Below, one piece after another: positions 1 through 13,500 of a DNA stretch of 64,000 nucleotides (position 1 is the stretch's first letter; each line of letters opens with the position of its first letter). This stretch comes from Orbicella franksi (lineage: Eukaryota): contig OZ116703.1 of the NCBI GenBank assembly GCA_964199315.1, forward strand, positions 19,840,001 through 19,904,000, given 5' to 3'. The notes beneath the pieces were generated by a model. That model made no database searches. It was not told the DNA's origin and worked only from the letters and a program-made list of their open reading frames with translations. The position numbers and the translations under genes were made by a program.

Positions 1-207
1 TTTACATTTGACTATTAGATTTCACGATCACCGGAAAACAAAGCAAATCTCACAAAAGGAAAGAAAGCGCATCATTCCTGAAATCATTTTGCATGAGACA
101 TGTTAGCAAAATTTAGAAATCAATGTCCAAACCACAACAATAATAATATAATTATGAATGGAACTTTATCAGCAACAATTAGAATCATAATTTTACCTTG
201 TAATTAC

Positions 208-485
208 TGCAGGTTGAGATTTGACTTCGATGTTCGAGTGCGTAATACTCCACGGGCTCTCGGGACGTCTGTAAAAGGAAAATAGCAGAACAGGACACTC
301 AGATTACAGTTAGACTTTACATATAACCTTAAAGATAAATCTAAAGTAAGGCAGAAGTCTAACTCGGCCTCCTCCTGCGACTGACGGGACACCACATCTT
401 CGGCGGGTTCTGTATCTTGCCGATCTTCCGCCTCCGAAGCCGACGAAGAACTCGACGAGCTCGAACTAGATGAACTCTTAGACAT
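208..485 (-). CDS. 5' end of an unidentified gene (exons 485-364 and 268-208); continues off the window start
   Basis: ATG at 485 opens MSKSSSSSSSSSSSSASEAEDRQDTEPAEDVVSRQSQEEA. A phase-2 donor GA|GTTAG (363) joins the pyrimidine-rich acceptor TTTTACAG| (268) to give ...EEAERPESPWSITHSNIEVKSQPA, with a donor at 207. No family recognised. Confidence 0.4.
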
Positions 486-1296
486 GGCAAAGGTCTTCAT
501 TAAACGTCTCTTCCATTTTTTCTTCATTCAGACGATCAATGGATTCCCTAGAATTTGTTTTGCAAACTCCTAAACAACCACGAACGCCATTTTGTGAACT
601 TCCAGAATCTCGCGCGTTGCCTTGGTGCCGAGTTGCCATGGGAGTCACTGCTGACCATGAAAAATTGTTGTCATTTTTGTGGCGCGTCAATATATGTAAG
701 TAGCGGCAGTCCTTTATATTATGTCATTTAAAAGATTTTGAAAAATATCGCATATATACCAAATATAATATCTACAAAGTGTCTAGATATTTGGATTTGA
801 ACTTTAGAATCTTCATAAACTCGATAAATTATTAACGTTTTACATCATAGTTTTGTACCTCCTCGGTTTTACGCTAAATTCGACTAAATATTTATAGCAT
901 TACTTGAAAACTTCACTGTTTTCCCTTATTTGTTTATATAAACAGTAACGTACATCTGAAGACTCTCAAAAACGTTTTTCCAGCGTTGGTTAAGAATAAT
1001 TTGGCTGGTACTCAAAGTGTCTTGTGACAAGTTTAATCTCCCTGTTGTTGTGGTACGTAAGGGATCTCTTTATACAGCCAATGGTGTGAAAAATTCATAA
1101 ATGTTGCATTGTTTTAAAACCAATGATCGACGCGTTTGTTAAACAGCAATCTAAAATATCTTTTGCATGTCAATCAACTCGCGCCGCTGTGCGGTGTGTA
1201 CACAACTTCCGAGTCAAAAAAGATGTTGAATAGTCTAGCTCGTAAACCATTCAACGTCGTTCTTACTCGCAGCATGTGAATGGCTTTATCGCGCGT
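486..1296. promoter_or_regulatory. Probable bidirectional promoter region between two head-to-head genes
   Basis: About 810 bp separates the divergent ATGs at 485 (-) and 1297 (+), with CpG-containing patches near both ends. Inferred from layout only. Confidence 0.4.
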
Positions 1297-1545
1297 ATGG
1301 ATGACATAATCCAGGGTGAAGAGCCTCAGGGTTTGTTCTCGAAGCGTTCATCGTCGAATATTCTCTCCGATCCGAGAATTTTAGCTCACTTGCGGATCGT
1401 GGCGGAGGAGGCGCAAAGCTCCGATAAGGACCACGAACAAGATGAGGAGTCCGAGCTACAGAACACGAAACGAGAGCTTGGACTTAAGATAGCGGCTTAC
1501 AATAAAGGAAACCAACATGGCGCATTCCGACTGATATTGAAGGAG
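1297..1545 (+). CDS. RADIL: RADIL-like exon 1 (N-terminus including the afadin-like helix RELGLKIAAYN)
   Basis: ATG at 1297 in the 1276 ORF; donor GAG|GTGCG at 1546, phase 0. A possible acceptor at 1272 means an upstream exon cannot be excluded. Confidence 0.7.
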
Positions 1546-4500
1546 GTGCGTTGCGAGCTGAACGTTGTCACGAACGATGTATATTGGCGAAGGAATGTGT
1601 GCTTATATCTTAACAATATATAATAATCGTAAATGTGTAGTACACTATTTTGCTCGTGTCTGGCTTGTATATACACCAATAAGTACTTAAAATCTGGCCG
1701 TGAAAATCGAGTTACTGTAATGATCAGGTAACTTTTGAGATTAATTCACTCCGTGGTTGACATTTTACGCATCGAAGAATCCTATTCAAGTCAAAGTGTC
1801 ATTGGCCTACATGTGTTAGGCTTGAACGAAGCTAAAATTGCATTTCCGATAAATCGTATTAGACCTGGAACATAAAAGGCGTTCGGAATTGCTTGCATGT
1901 GACGCGCGCGGCCTTTAGAACACTTAATTGATGATGTGTTCTTTCACTTTCAGGATTTAGGCTTCGAAGGAGCTTTACGATTCTACTTTGAAGACGGCAA
2001 AGAAGAACTGACAAAGGCTCTGCGCCTGACAAACAAAACACTGGTCTCTGAGCTGTTGCCAACGCTGATTGAAAAGTTCAAGCCTGATTTGGTAAACTCT
2101 GCGGTCGAGAAAAAAGCTAAACTGTACGAAGTTTATGAAGAAGGTAACAATTAACCTAAAACTACCAACGCTCATTGCTAGGCTGCATATCGAACAAACA
2201 TTATGAAAGCGTTGTGTTCGTTCAAGTATTTTTTCAAGATTTACATTTAGTACATTCCAGTTTACAGGATAGAAATCAAAATACTTGCACGTGATATTTT
2301 ACTTTATGGCAGTGGAGAGGTGCGAATATTTCGAAGCTTCTAATTCGGCCAGCCGTGATTGATATTTTTTTATTCGATTTTAACCACAACTTTATAATGC
2401 CAATGATTGTTTTGCGTAAAGTTTGTAGTGTTTACATTGTGGGCCATTCCTGACATAGCAACGTTGACAATCTTTATTATAACTCCTGTGACTCGAACAC
2501 GGAAGGGGTAATTTTCAATTGCTAGTTCAAAAACTTTGCATACAACTTTCAATTCACAGTATAGCACGGAAGATCTATTCAAAAGTGCGGTCAGTGAACT
2601 AAGAATGGCTATCATTGAACGGTAATTGAAACTTGATGAGGCGACTAATAGAGTACCATTAATAAATAGCAATGTTCGAAAGCATTTAATTGGCTTCCTG
2701 AGGAGCGTGCACTCTGCATTGTACATTTTTCTCATCTTACGCAAGCTTCAATTCTAGTACAGATCATCGCATTCTAAACACTCTTACGAATTCTTCGCAA
2801 TAAAGACACATTGGAGGGAAATTGCAGAGGTCAAGGTTTTACAGTTCACTGATAAGCTGGAGATTTACAGGATTTTGTTCATGCTTAAGAACATCAGTAC
2901 GTGGAGATGATAAAATTGATTTATAATAAGTCTATAATTTACTGTCTCGTAGAGAACTGCTCAGTTCCAAAAGTAAGTTTCTAGTTTTCTCTCCTTGTAT
3001 TTCCTGTTTGCAAAAAAAGGAATAATAGCAGTAACGGTGAAATGAAAAACTCATTCTCATTGTTTGTAGTGGGATTACAGCATTGTGAAGTGGTGTCTGC
3101 ACATCAGATCTCTTACATCTATGAAATATTATTACCAAGTGACTAATAGGTTTTTATGACAGAGTTGTTTACAAAACATGTTAGATGTACAAGACAAACA
3201 TCAAACTCCTGGCTGTATTCCTTTATCAATAAATTCCAATATACACAGGATTTCCCAAGAGGGTTGAACATATGATTTGTGCTTATAGATCACCATTGTC
3301 AATAAGACAGTTCATTTATAAGGACAAAGAGGATTGTCTGCTAGCTAATGGTCCTAAGTAATGAAAGTATAGTCAAGTAAAATCGGGTAATCAGAAGGGA
3401 GAATAATAATTTCATTGCTTGAGCTTGAGACAGATGACTCCTGTATTGATTTTTACTCTGTAGCAGGCAAAGCATTAATCTCTGGCGAGAGTCTTGAATT
3501 TGTACGGCTTGCATCCTTCATGTGTCTTGAGAAGCTTGACTAATTATAATCTGTGAAGTACATAATGCTCTTAGGAGACATGAAATTTTGCAGCCATTAA
3601 CCCTTTCACCCTATAAGTGCTAAAGTTCAAAACTGAAAAAATCCCTAATCTCATTTATCAGAATAATGAGGAATACATAATGGCATATGAAAGCAGTTAC
3701 TCAATAGCTTTCATTCAAATGGTAACACATTCAACAAGGATGATCCACAGATGTAAAAGTTGGAATTATATTTTCCTTGTAGGGGATAAGGAATACACGT
3801 CTGTAGTGTCACAAAAAAGTGCATGTATTTTTCAATAGGTCTCATCTGTCGGTTAGAAATACAAGCGCAGATATAAATTTAGAAGTGCATTAGTTGATGT
3901 GAGGTTATTAATAAGTTTGACTTGATTTCATTTTTTCAATTCTCTTATAGATGAAATTTGTTTAGACCCTTCAGATGCCCCTCTTGAAATTGCACTAAAT
4001 GCCAAAAAGCTTCCAAGATTTGTTTTGCGTTTGGATTACAAAAATTCTCCACAGACGTCTGTAATATCAAATGGTGAAAGTGTCATAAACAAGACATCAT
4101 TGCCTAATGGAACAGCCTTGAGCAATCGTGCTACAACCCCCAGCATTCCATCTCCAAGTCCATCAAAGGCTAGCACACACACTGCTGGTAGTGACAACAG
4201 CTCCACTGGCAGCTCTGCAGGGCAATCACACTTGAGGAATGAGAGCCCAGTTCCTGGCAGCAAGCTATTTACAAAGTCGAAAACCCCACCACCAGTTCAC
4301 AGTGCGATAAATGACAAAATGCCATCGTCATCGAAAAATGACAAGAAGAGGAACTTTTTCAGTTCACCACGAAGTGCTTTTGGGATGTTTTTTGATGGAG
4401 CTGGAAATCAGTCTGATCAGAGTTCCCATGCTGCAAACAAAATGGCTCGGGCAAAGCACAAAAGGAAAGGATCTTTGGGCCGTCTGAGAATAAAGAAGAA

Positions 4501-7500
4501 AACTGAAGAAAAGACACACACTGAATTGTCCACGGAGCAGATGGCTCCTGGCATTCTTAAAGTCTTTGGTGATCATGTTTCACCAGGTTCAAACTACAAA
4601 AGTGTTCGAGCTACTGAGATGACAACTGCAGATGAAATCGTTCAGCAGGCCCTTGAGAGGTATTCACTTTCCAGGGAAAAGGCATCAGATTATGTGCTTT
4701 GTGATGTGATTGGGTACTTTACAAAAAGGACAGGCAGTGTTAGTAATGCCGAGGAAGATGCTGATAAGTGGATAACAGAGTATGCCAGAGTGATCAGTGA
4801 CAAAGAGAAACCTCTTGTGCTTCAACAGTTGTGGAAGCCAATCAAAGGGTTTTCTCGTAGGTTTGAGCTACGGAAACGAATTGAAACACAGGATTCATCA
4901 TTCTTTAAAGCAAGGGGAAGTGTTGCAATCATGAAAGCTGCATCAGTACGTGAAGCTCATGTACCTCCAAGCATCAAAGAAAACCGACGAGATACAGGAC
5001 AAAGTGAAGTGTCGCATCTGTCATCAGGTGAAGAGCAATTGTCAAGTATTGGTGTGGACGAGGGAGGGAGCTCTGGACGAGCATCAATGATTGCATCACC
5101 ATTTATTGCACCTACAGACACACCCTATCTTCTTCTTCTTAAAGGCTGTAGTAATGCTGATGACTTCTTATACCACAGACTAGATGAACAATTAGCTGTG
5201 GTTGGTCGCCCTGTGCATCACATTGAAACAGACCAATCTCCTGATATTGTTCTATTAGCTCCAGACATTCTACCTCAGCACTGCATTTTAAGTAAAAGAG
5301 TCGAATCATCTGCTCCAGACTTTGAACAAGACTATGACGTTAATTTTGCGGTCTATTTAGAACCTTCCAGAAGTGCAGATGTTTGCATAAATGGAGAAGC
5401 TGTTTCGTCGCCCACTAAACTCACCCCAGGGGACTTAGTTTCATTTGGGAAGCATTACTATTTCTTATTCAAAGATCCCTCTCAGGTGGCAGATAGTTCC
5501 ATGAAGCTAACTTGGGTTAATCATTTGAAACAATTTTACAAGTTGCAGATGTCACAAATACTGCAGAGCTTTCCTGACAGTAATAGTGCAACAACTGTTG
5601 TAGGCATTGAAGATGAGCCAAGCAATAGTTTGCAGTTGTCGTACTTGCCACAAGATGAGGATGAGTTGCTGGAATTGATAATGAACATTGTGGATTTAGC
5701 AGGAGATGGCTACAAGTTGTCTCCAGCATATTTGTTAATTATGTGTATTGAACATTCTGCGCAATATCACACGGAACTGCAAACAAGGCAGCTTCTCATC
5801 AAGATGTCCAATGCAATCCAGACTGTAGCATCAGTAAGTTTGACTTCTTTTGTGAGGAAACAATTTCACTTCACTTATGCGCACAATGATTGACACCTGT
5901 ACTTCAACACACCCCATAATGAGGTATCTTGGAGATACAGTCACCTCCTATTTCTCCCAGCCAGGGCAAATAAGAAGTGCTCTATTTTCAGGCTAACAAA
6001 GGGATTGCTAAATCATAATACTGACTACACAAAAGACACCATATTGTAACTTTCAGTAAGGAGTCAGCTTCCATCAGGGACACTGAGTCATGTCATATGA
6101 AAACACAACATTTGTAACCACCAGAGTGAAAGTCCTAAAATTTGCATAAGGGGTCACTGTGTCCTTTTCCCAGCCACACACAAACTATTACAAATGAACT
6201 AATTCAAATTTACAAGGCTGTGCCAGCAGTGAAATGCCCTCTTTGTAAGTGCACTAATAATATTATTTATGAAATGATTTTTTTTTCTAGGAGAAGACAA
6301 CAGAAATGTCCAAGACAATAGAGAGGTATGGTTCAAGGAATGATTTGCCATTGGTATTTAAAGTTTGTGGTTTCCAATCCATAAGTGATTTAAAAGTTGT
6401 TTTCAGCATTTGCATTTTAGCATTTGAACCACCAATGTAAAGGAGCACTAGGAAATGTATCTTAAATAATATGTCTGTCCTTTTACATGCACACTAATTA
6501 AGAAATTCCATGCTTCATAATCGCCTAGAGCTTGGGTTGGGGAGACATTTGACTTTTCGGGCTAAGAAAAATGTATCAAAGATTATTCAACCCAAGTTAT
6601 ACATATGTGCCTCTTATTGGAAAGGCTGCACAAACCTTAATAGTATAAATATCTATTGTCCACTGATTATGAAGTAGCTATTCTTATTTCCCAGTACCAT
6701 CTTGTAACTTATTGAGTACAAGTTCTAAAAAGTCCAAGCTTTATTGGGTTTGGTATGATCTAGTAGACCTGTGTTCTCAAACCTCTCCAAAACCTTAAGC
6801 GGTTTGAAAAAGCCAACAGACAACAGACAGTGCTGTTTACTATTTGATAAATAGTGATAAACAGTGGTAAATATTTGTTTCAACAGAACAACAGTACCAG
6901 AAAAGGCATTAGAAGAGCTTCTTCCTCAGCTGAGACCAGTAGTTTTCTGGATGGCCAATTGTCTGGAAATGCTTCCCTATCTCCAAGTCAACATGTCTCA
7001 GTTCATCAAAGATCCTTCTCAAGTTGCTGAGTATGGTGATGAAGCTTTGCTCAATGCTGATGAGGAACTGCTCATGTTTCTTGAGGAAGTTATCATTTAT
7101 ACTTTTCAACAGACTGTGTACCACCTCACTAAGGTATTACACTATTCTGTGAAATTGCTCTTAAATCGTTTGTAACTAAATTTGTTTCTGATGTTTGCAA
7201 TTCTTTGTAGAGTGAATTTTGTACAAATTCTTACCTAGCGCTAAGAAGACATTGTTGCAGTTTAAAACTTGGTTCACATGCAATATTGAAAGAAATAAGC
7301 TCACTTAAATCAGTTTGAATTTCGCGGGGTTTCTCGTAACTGGACATACAATTTGTATCAATTTAAGCTATGTATTCTTTTCAATTCTTTCCTTGTTCTT
7401 GAAAACAGAAAATTTAATAGGTGGTAGAAAACTCTCTTTTCTTTTTTCTGCTACAGTTCGAAATTTGGGTAGGGGAAAATTCAAATTCATATTCTGATTA

Positions 7501-10500
7501 AGCTTATTTGCATTTGGTTACAATCACACCGTTTCTCTGTCAGGTGTTGTACATCGCTCTTCCGGCCATTTTGGACACGAATCCATTCCAAGATACAGAC
7601 GAAGACAGCGACAAGAAACCGCAAGAAGTAGAAACCGTCATCAGCATCTTCCAAACCACTTACGACGTTGTTAAAACGTATTCAGTTCACGAAGACATAA
7701 TCCACCAACTCTTTGCATATTTATTTTTCTTTACAAACGCCTCCCTGTTCAACACGTTGATGGAGCGGGGAGCTGGGGGCAAGTTCTACCGCTGGGCCAA
7801 AGGAGCGCAGATACGGGGTAACCTGGATTTGTTGGAGAGCTGGGCTGCGCAGGTTCAACTTCAGGACGAGGCTAATGACTATTTGAACAGACTGTCCACC
7901 GCGACTGATTTGTTGGCCACGCCCAAAGTGCAGCTTTTGCAGGTTTGTCCCTTTCTGGGATTCAAAGCGTTTCAGGCCGCTAAGAAGCAGTTAGGCGAGG
8001 TTTTGATTCGTAATCATTTTTGCTCATTTCTACCAATGTTTACGTAGGCTGACTGGATGACAATCAGAAGAGACTTCCCGGTACTTAACCCGGCTCAAGT
8101 GCAGCAAATTCTGGGTGAATACCAGCTCGGCCCTGGCAGGTCTCGACCAAGAGGCTGGTTTCCTCCTCCTGAGGAAGTGGAACCCGCGCTTCGTACAGGT
8201 AAGTTATGATTCATTTAAAAACGCACCCTATCGCTTTCCTTGTCCTAGACAGGTTTTGTTGTCATAGTCTCTAAGAGATAAAACAACAGATAACAGATTA
8301 GGTGTAGTTGATGTTCAATGGCTTATATAGTAGTAAGCAATCCCTCGATATCGAGTAGAATGTCAACTTGGTAGTGTTCAGTTTATGAGTTCGTTAATGA
8401 TTGAGCAGTCCGATTCTTAAACGGCAGATTCGCAGACAGATGGGGCATCTGAACTCTGCAGAGACTGGAGCTGTGCTGGCAACCTGTTGCCTCTCTTTTC
8501 TCGCCGACCGGAGTCTCTCACGGTGTTCAGTTCTTTCCTGTGTTGCCCTACCATCCGTCTTGCGACGTTTCGTTGTATCAATAGAGCATCAGTATTCTAC
8601 GCGGACCTTTTCTTCTAATATCTTTAGCAACAATGAATGTATGAAAGACCATATGTTTGCCGAAAATTGGTATATTATTAGGATGGAAAAACAGTCTCTT
8701 TTTTTCTACCCCGCCGATATTCGGAGTCCCTCCTGATGTTTTCGCGTTTATTCCAGCACTTTTTTGAGGGTCCGTGTTTTGCTCGCAAAACTTTAGGCCC
8801 TGATGCTTTATTTCATATTCTGCGTGGTTCAATCTAGTGTTCTTCATTGACTTTGTGGAAGAAATGTCTTCTTCAACATGATCTGCCCGTGAGACCAGGG
8901 ATTTCGTTATGATTACAGCTAGGTTAGATTTCCTGCGCGCCAGGCGGAAAGAGTTACCGGTAATTTTATTTTAGCGCACGACATTCGTATCCGTGGGTTT
9001 GGGAAACGCTTCATTCCAGCTCGCATCAAGTGTCCCAGATTTGCTTTTGCGCTTGGTTGGTAGGGTAGAGTTTCCAAGTGTGCGTTACATCAAACAAGAA
9101 TTAATGTCCCCCCTCCTCCCCCCCACCCCACGCCTGTTTTCAGTTTTGCATGTCATAAGATGGGAATCATGGTTAAACGTGAGAACAGAGCCATGAAAAA
9201 TCTTCCCATTGAGTGATGATTATGCCTGTTGCCGTTATGCCTCAAACGTTCTACAGATTGTCGACCCGACTCGATACATGCAGAGTAGGAAGAAATGGTC
9301 CTAAAGTTCTATAATGGCCTGAAACTCAAGAAATGAATATCTTCAGCATATTTTTCGTTTTTTTTCGCAGCGGACATCTTACTAAACTTCTCTGAACATC
9401 CTCCGTTAAAACTACCGACTGAAGGATTTGTACTGGACTTCGAGACGGGACCGTCGGATCCGTCTTTCTACCACTATCTGGATGAGGTTAAACGGGCGAT
9501 GAATGCAGGTAATCAACTGGCACTAAACACTGCTGAGTAACATCGACTTTTTTTAAAGACTAACCTGTTGTCAAGAGAGCGAAATCCGTCGCGTTTTTCG
9601 TAGCTAATCAAGGTTTTGTTTCTTTGGCAGGTCAAAGTACTACAGGATCAGACATGACAAGAGTCAATGGAATAAACAGGTTAGTGAGTGAGTGAGTGAG
9701 TGAGTGAGTGAGTAAATGAGTGAGGTAGTTTGCACTCCGCGTTGTAGTTGTTGGAATACGTTTTGCTTGCTTTTTACTGTTTCGAAGTTCGTGTCTCTTT
9801 CCACTAGGCCTTAAACTGGTATGTCACGAATTCTGAAGTCTCTTTTTTTTTTAACAAATTACCTTCCAATAATCGATCAGTGGGGCTCCGTCCACACCCG
9901 CCGGAGAAATTTGAAAACGCAAGAATCACCGGTCATTTTGGATTTGTGTTTGAGGAAGACTCGGGCAGGAAAATCACGTGATTATCGTGACGTCATCGTC
10001 TTCGAAAAGCTACGTCACGTATTAAAAGTTTTAATATTGTAATTATTATCACAAGTAAAACGTAACTTCAGAAACCACGTGATTATTTTATTACAGAGTT
10101 CAGCAACCGGAACCGGAAGTGAGCCATTCGGATGTGATTCGTGCGTCGTCATTATCACAGAGTCAAGATCACGTGCCTGATCTGGTAGTCTCCCCAGCCC
10201 CCCCTAACTTCAACACTCCTAGTACAAAGGACAAAAACGAGTTCACATTCGAGACTGTCGTGTCCAATTCTCCTCCGTCAAGAAGAGGTAAAACATGGCA
10301 TTATATGATGTAAACTTCACATTTTGCGGGTCAGGCGTGATTTCTCAGTGTTGTTCCACTCAAGTACCTGATATAGTGACAGGCTGGTAAATCGAAAAAT
10401 CGTAGCGTTTTCTTTTGAGGTGTTCCTGGGATCACAAAATGGCCAGCGAGGTTTTATCGCCTTAACATAGCATTTCCGTTTAAGTCGTTTAGCCCCCAAG

Positions 10501-13500
10501 TCGATTAGCCCCCAACCAGAAGTCGATTGGCCCCCATTCACGCTTAAAGAACGAGATATAGACAACGTTTTCGACTTCTGGTTGGGGGTAATCGATTTCT
10601 GATTGAGGCCAAACGGGTAGGGGCTAATCGACTTGGGAGCTAAACTGAACGACCGGATACCGTCCAGACTTGTCGGACTCTGAGCAGGTCGGTAATCGTT
10701 AGCGCCAAGTATGCGAGAAGCAAATGGTGTCACAGTGTACATTTAGTTAAATTGTTTCTCCAGGTTTTAAAGTTGAGCGTGGCTGTTTGTGTTTGCAGAA
10801 AACGGGATCATTGGATCTAATGACACAAGGCAACCCATCCCACTTGAGAGAAGAGAAACTCCCCCAAGAAAACAAGAAACACCACCTGGCAAACCGAAAT
10901 TCTCAGAACTGTCAGCGAACGAGGAAGTTGTCCAAGGCGGAAAGCGGCCCCTTGGAAGACTGGTGTCCGGGCAAAAGCCTGCTGCCACCACCGGCTATCC
11001 GTTCAATCGTTCGGAGGGTCGTGATTCCGTGAAGTCGTCTACTGAGGACTCTTCTATGGTTTCTGCTAGAGCACTGAAGAAAAAAGAGCCTAGAACCTCA
11101 GGTTGGTAGAACACTTTCTGCTTAATTTGTTAGCTCAAGTAATGTGTCCAAGTGCTGTTTTAAGCAAATATTCCTGGACTCTTTCAATAGCTCCATTTCT
11201 TATCACCCAATCAAAATGTCGCGAGTCTATGGGAGGTTGTGAAGTCACATGACGCCATAAGGAATCATGTTGCTTCGTTTGCGAAAGTCTCGGCCTAGTC
11301 CTTCAGACGCGATTTTTTATACGACAGAGAGATTATGATATTTGTTGTTTGGATTGATTAAACATTGCGTTACGTTTTTCTTACGTTACATTAAGAGAAG
11401 AACGATGTAAAGGTGACTTTTGTTGTTTCCGCTCCTTAGATCCATCAACTAGCGATGCTAAAGATGAAAACCAAAACGTGACGAATGGGAGAGCAGCTTC
11501 GCCTTACACGAGCGACAACTCCAAGTGGGTTGAAGTGACAGGCGCCGTGACTCGTGACGCCGTAAACAACGTGGACGGCTTGTCCGTGCTTCCTGTAGAG
11601 GACGTGGAAACGAATGAAGAGCTGGCTCTTCAGATAGCCATGGATCCGACAATTGAGACTTCAAAGGAGTTCGACGAGAGAAGGGCGCTACAGAAAGCCA
11701 AACTCTTGAGTCGCTTGAGAAATGAGTCCGATATTGACATTGCAGATATACCTGCAAGTGCGAATGGCTTCCCAGCCAAGATGGAAGGCATGAGGGAGAC
11801 TGATGACCGACAGGATGATGTGTTTGTTGTCGAGCTGGAGAAGGGAGATGACGGGATAGGCCTGGGACTGATTGATGGACTGGTAAGGTCGCTACTTCTC
11901 AATAACTCAAAGTGAAAGGACTTGTTTGTGGAAGGGGTGTGATCCATTGTATTACCGCAATTAGCCCCAATCGCGCAATTTTCTCGCATATTCGATCAGT
12001 TACGTCTTTTCGCGCGCTTGCCTCAGTTAGATATTTTTCTTGATTTCCTCGTTAGCTTTTGTTCTCTGATAGTGATTGGCTCTATAATTTAGTTTGATTT
12101 TAAACTGATTTTTTTCTAGTTTCTTAGCATTTGCGTGCCAACCATGCTCTAAAATGTATTCAAATTACCATTTTGTGGGGTGTTCTGATTGCGGACAAAG
12201 TATACAATTTATTTCGGACCGATTGATCAGAGCACGAGTCTTCAGGGTCAACTGCTGTGCTTGACAAGCACAAATTAAAACAAAGCAATACAGGTCCATC
12301 AGACTTGCACCTTGGAGTTCGCTAAAGGAAAAAAAAAACGAATTTAAAGGCACAAGGATGTTGTGCGATTGTAATATTGTGGTTGCCTTTTATACGTTAG
12401 ACATAAACCAGTGGTTTTCATTTATAGTACACACCATTACGATCGCCAGGGATTTATGTACGGACACTTGTGGCAGGAGGTCCAGCCATGAAGGTAAGTA
12501 GAGATTTGAGACAAATTCCCTCGGCTAGTCTCCCTGCTCTATTTGAGAGGATACTCCCATAACACTCTCGTTTAATTTAACATACAGGGCATAGAGTGAT
12601 CTATTGATGTTGCATACGACAAGAGACGATGTTCTATATCATCGTTTCTTGATGCCTTCATTTGATTAGCATTGCCTCCGCAACACTGTAGCCTATTTAG
12701 GCCGCGTCTACGCTACGCCGGAGAAATTTTAGAACGCAACAATCAGTAGCCTACGAACGCAGACGTATTTCAAGCGACAGCCGGAAATACGACTGCGCTC
12801 CCAGGCTAAACAATCCGTGGCCATTTTGGATTTGCGTTTGAGTAAAACTCAAGCAGGAAAATATCATGTTTATAGTGACCGCATCATTTTCGGAAAGCTT
12901 CGTTTTCAAATTTGGTTTCTGTCCACACGAAAACGCAAAGCCGGCGTTTTCAATTTCCTCCGGTTTGAAAAGCGTTTTTGAAAAGCTCCATTTTGGTGAC
13001 GAATAAGAGAAATAAAGCTCCGCTTTCAAATTCCAAATTGTGGTCGGGGCGTTTGTTAACGCCAATCTGTGCAATATGCATAACTGCTGCGCCTTATTAA
13101 ATTGTGTTACCGTGTATAAATAGTCAAGTGAAATGTTAATCATTTCAAGGGATGATCAGGCTTAGATTCTCGTTTACTGTCCCGTTGAATTTGTCTCGAA
13201 AAGATAAGGAGAAGTAGTGAATTCATCACTGGTTTCTTGTTTGTAGGATGGTCGCCTCCGTCTCGGTGATCGTATCCTCGCGGTGAATGGAACAAGTCTT
13301 GTTGGGGCAGATTATCAGAGGTAAATGATCCACATAAGTTGTCTTGTCTCACTGTGATGGACAAGCTAAACATGCAGTCAAACAACGGCATGCAGCTGAA
13401 CTTGGAGTGAGAAAAATCTCCTTCACGGTCCAAACCCGAGTTCCAAAAGTGCGACGCAAAGACCTAGTCTAAGGACTTCGCGCCGGGACAACACAACTGC

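Noticed and set aside
1936-2154. Stand-alone two-exon small gene ending GNN* at 2154
   Set aside because: A strong donor at 2144 splices in phase to 3951 and completes the RA domain; the stop is intronic.
2370-2744. 124-aa minus-strand ORF in RADIL intron 2
   Set aside because: No recognisable motif or splice support; probably a chance ORF.
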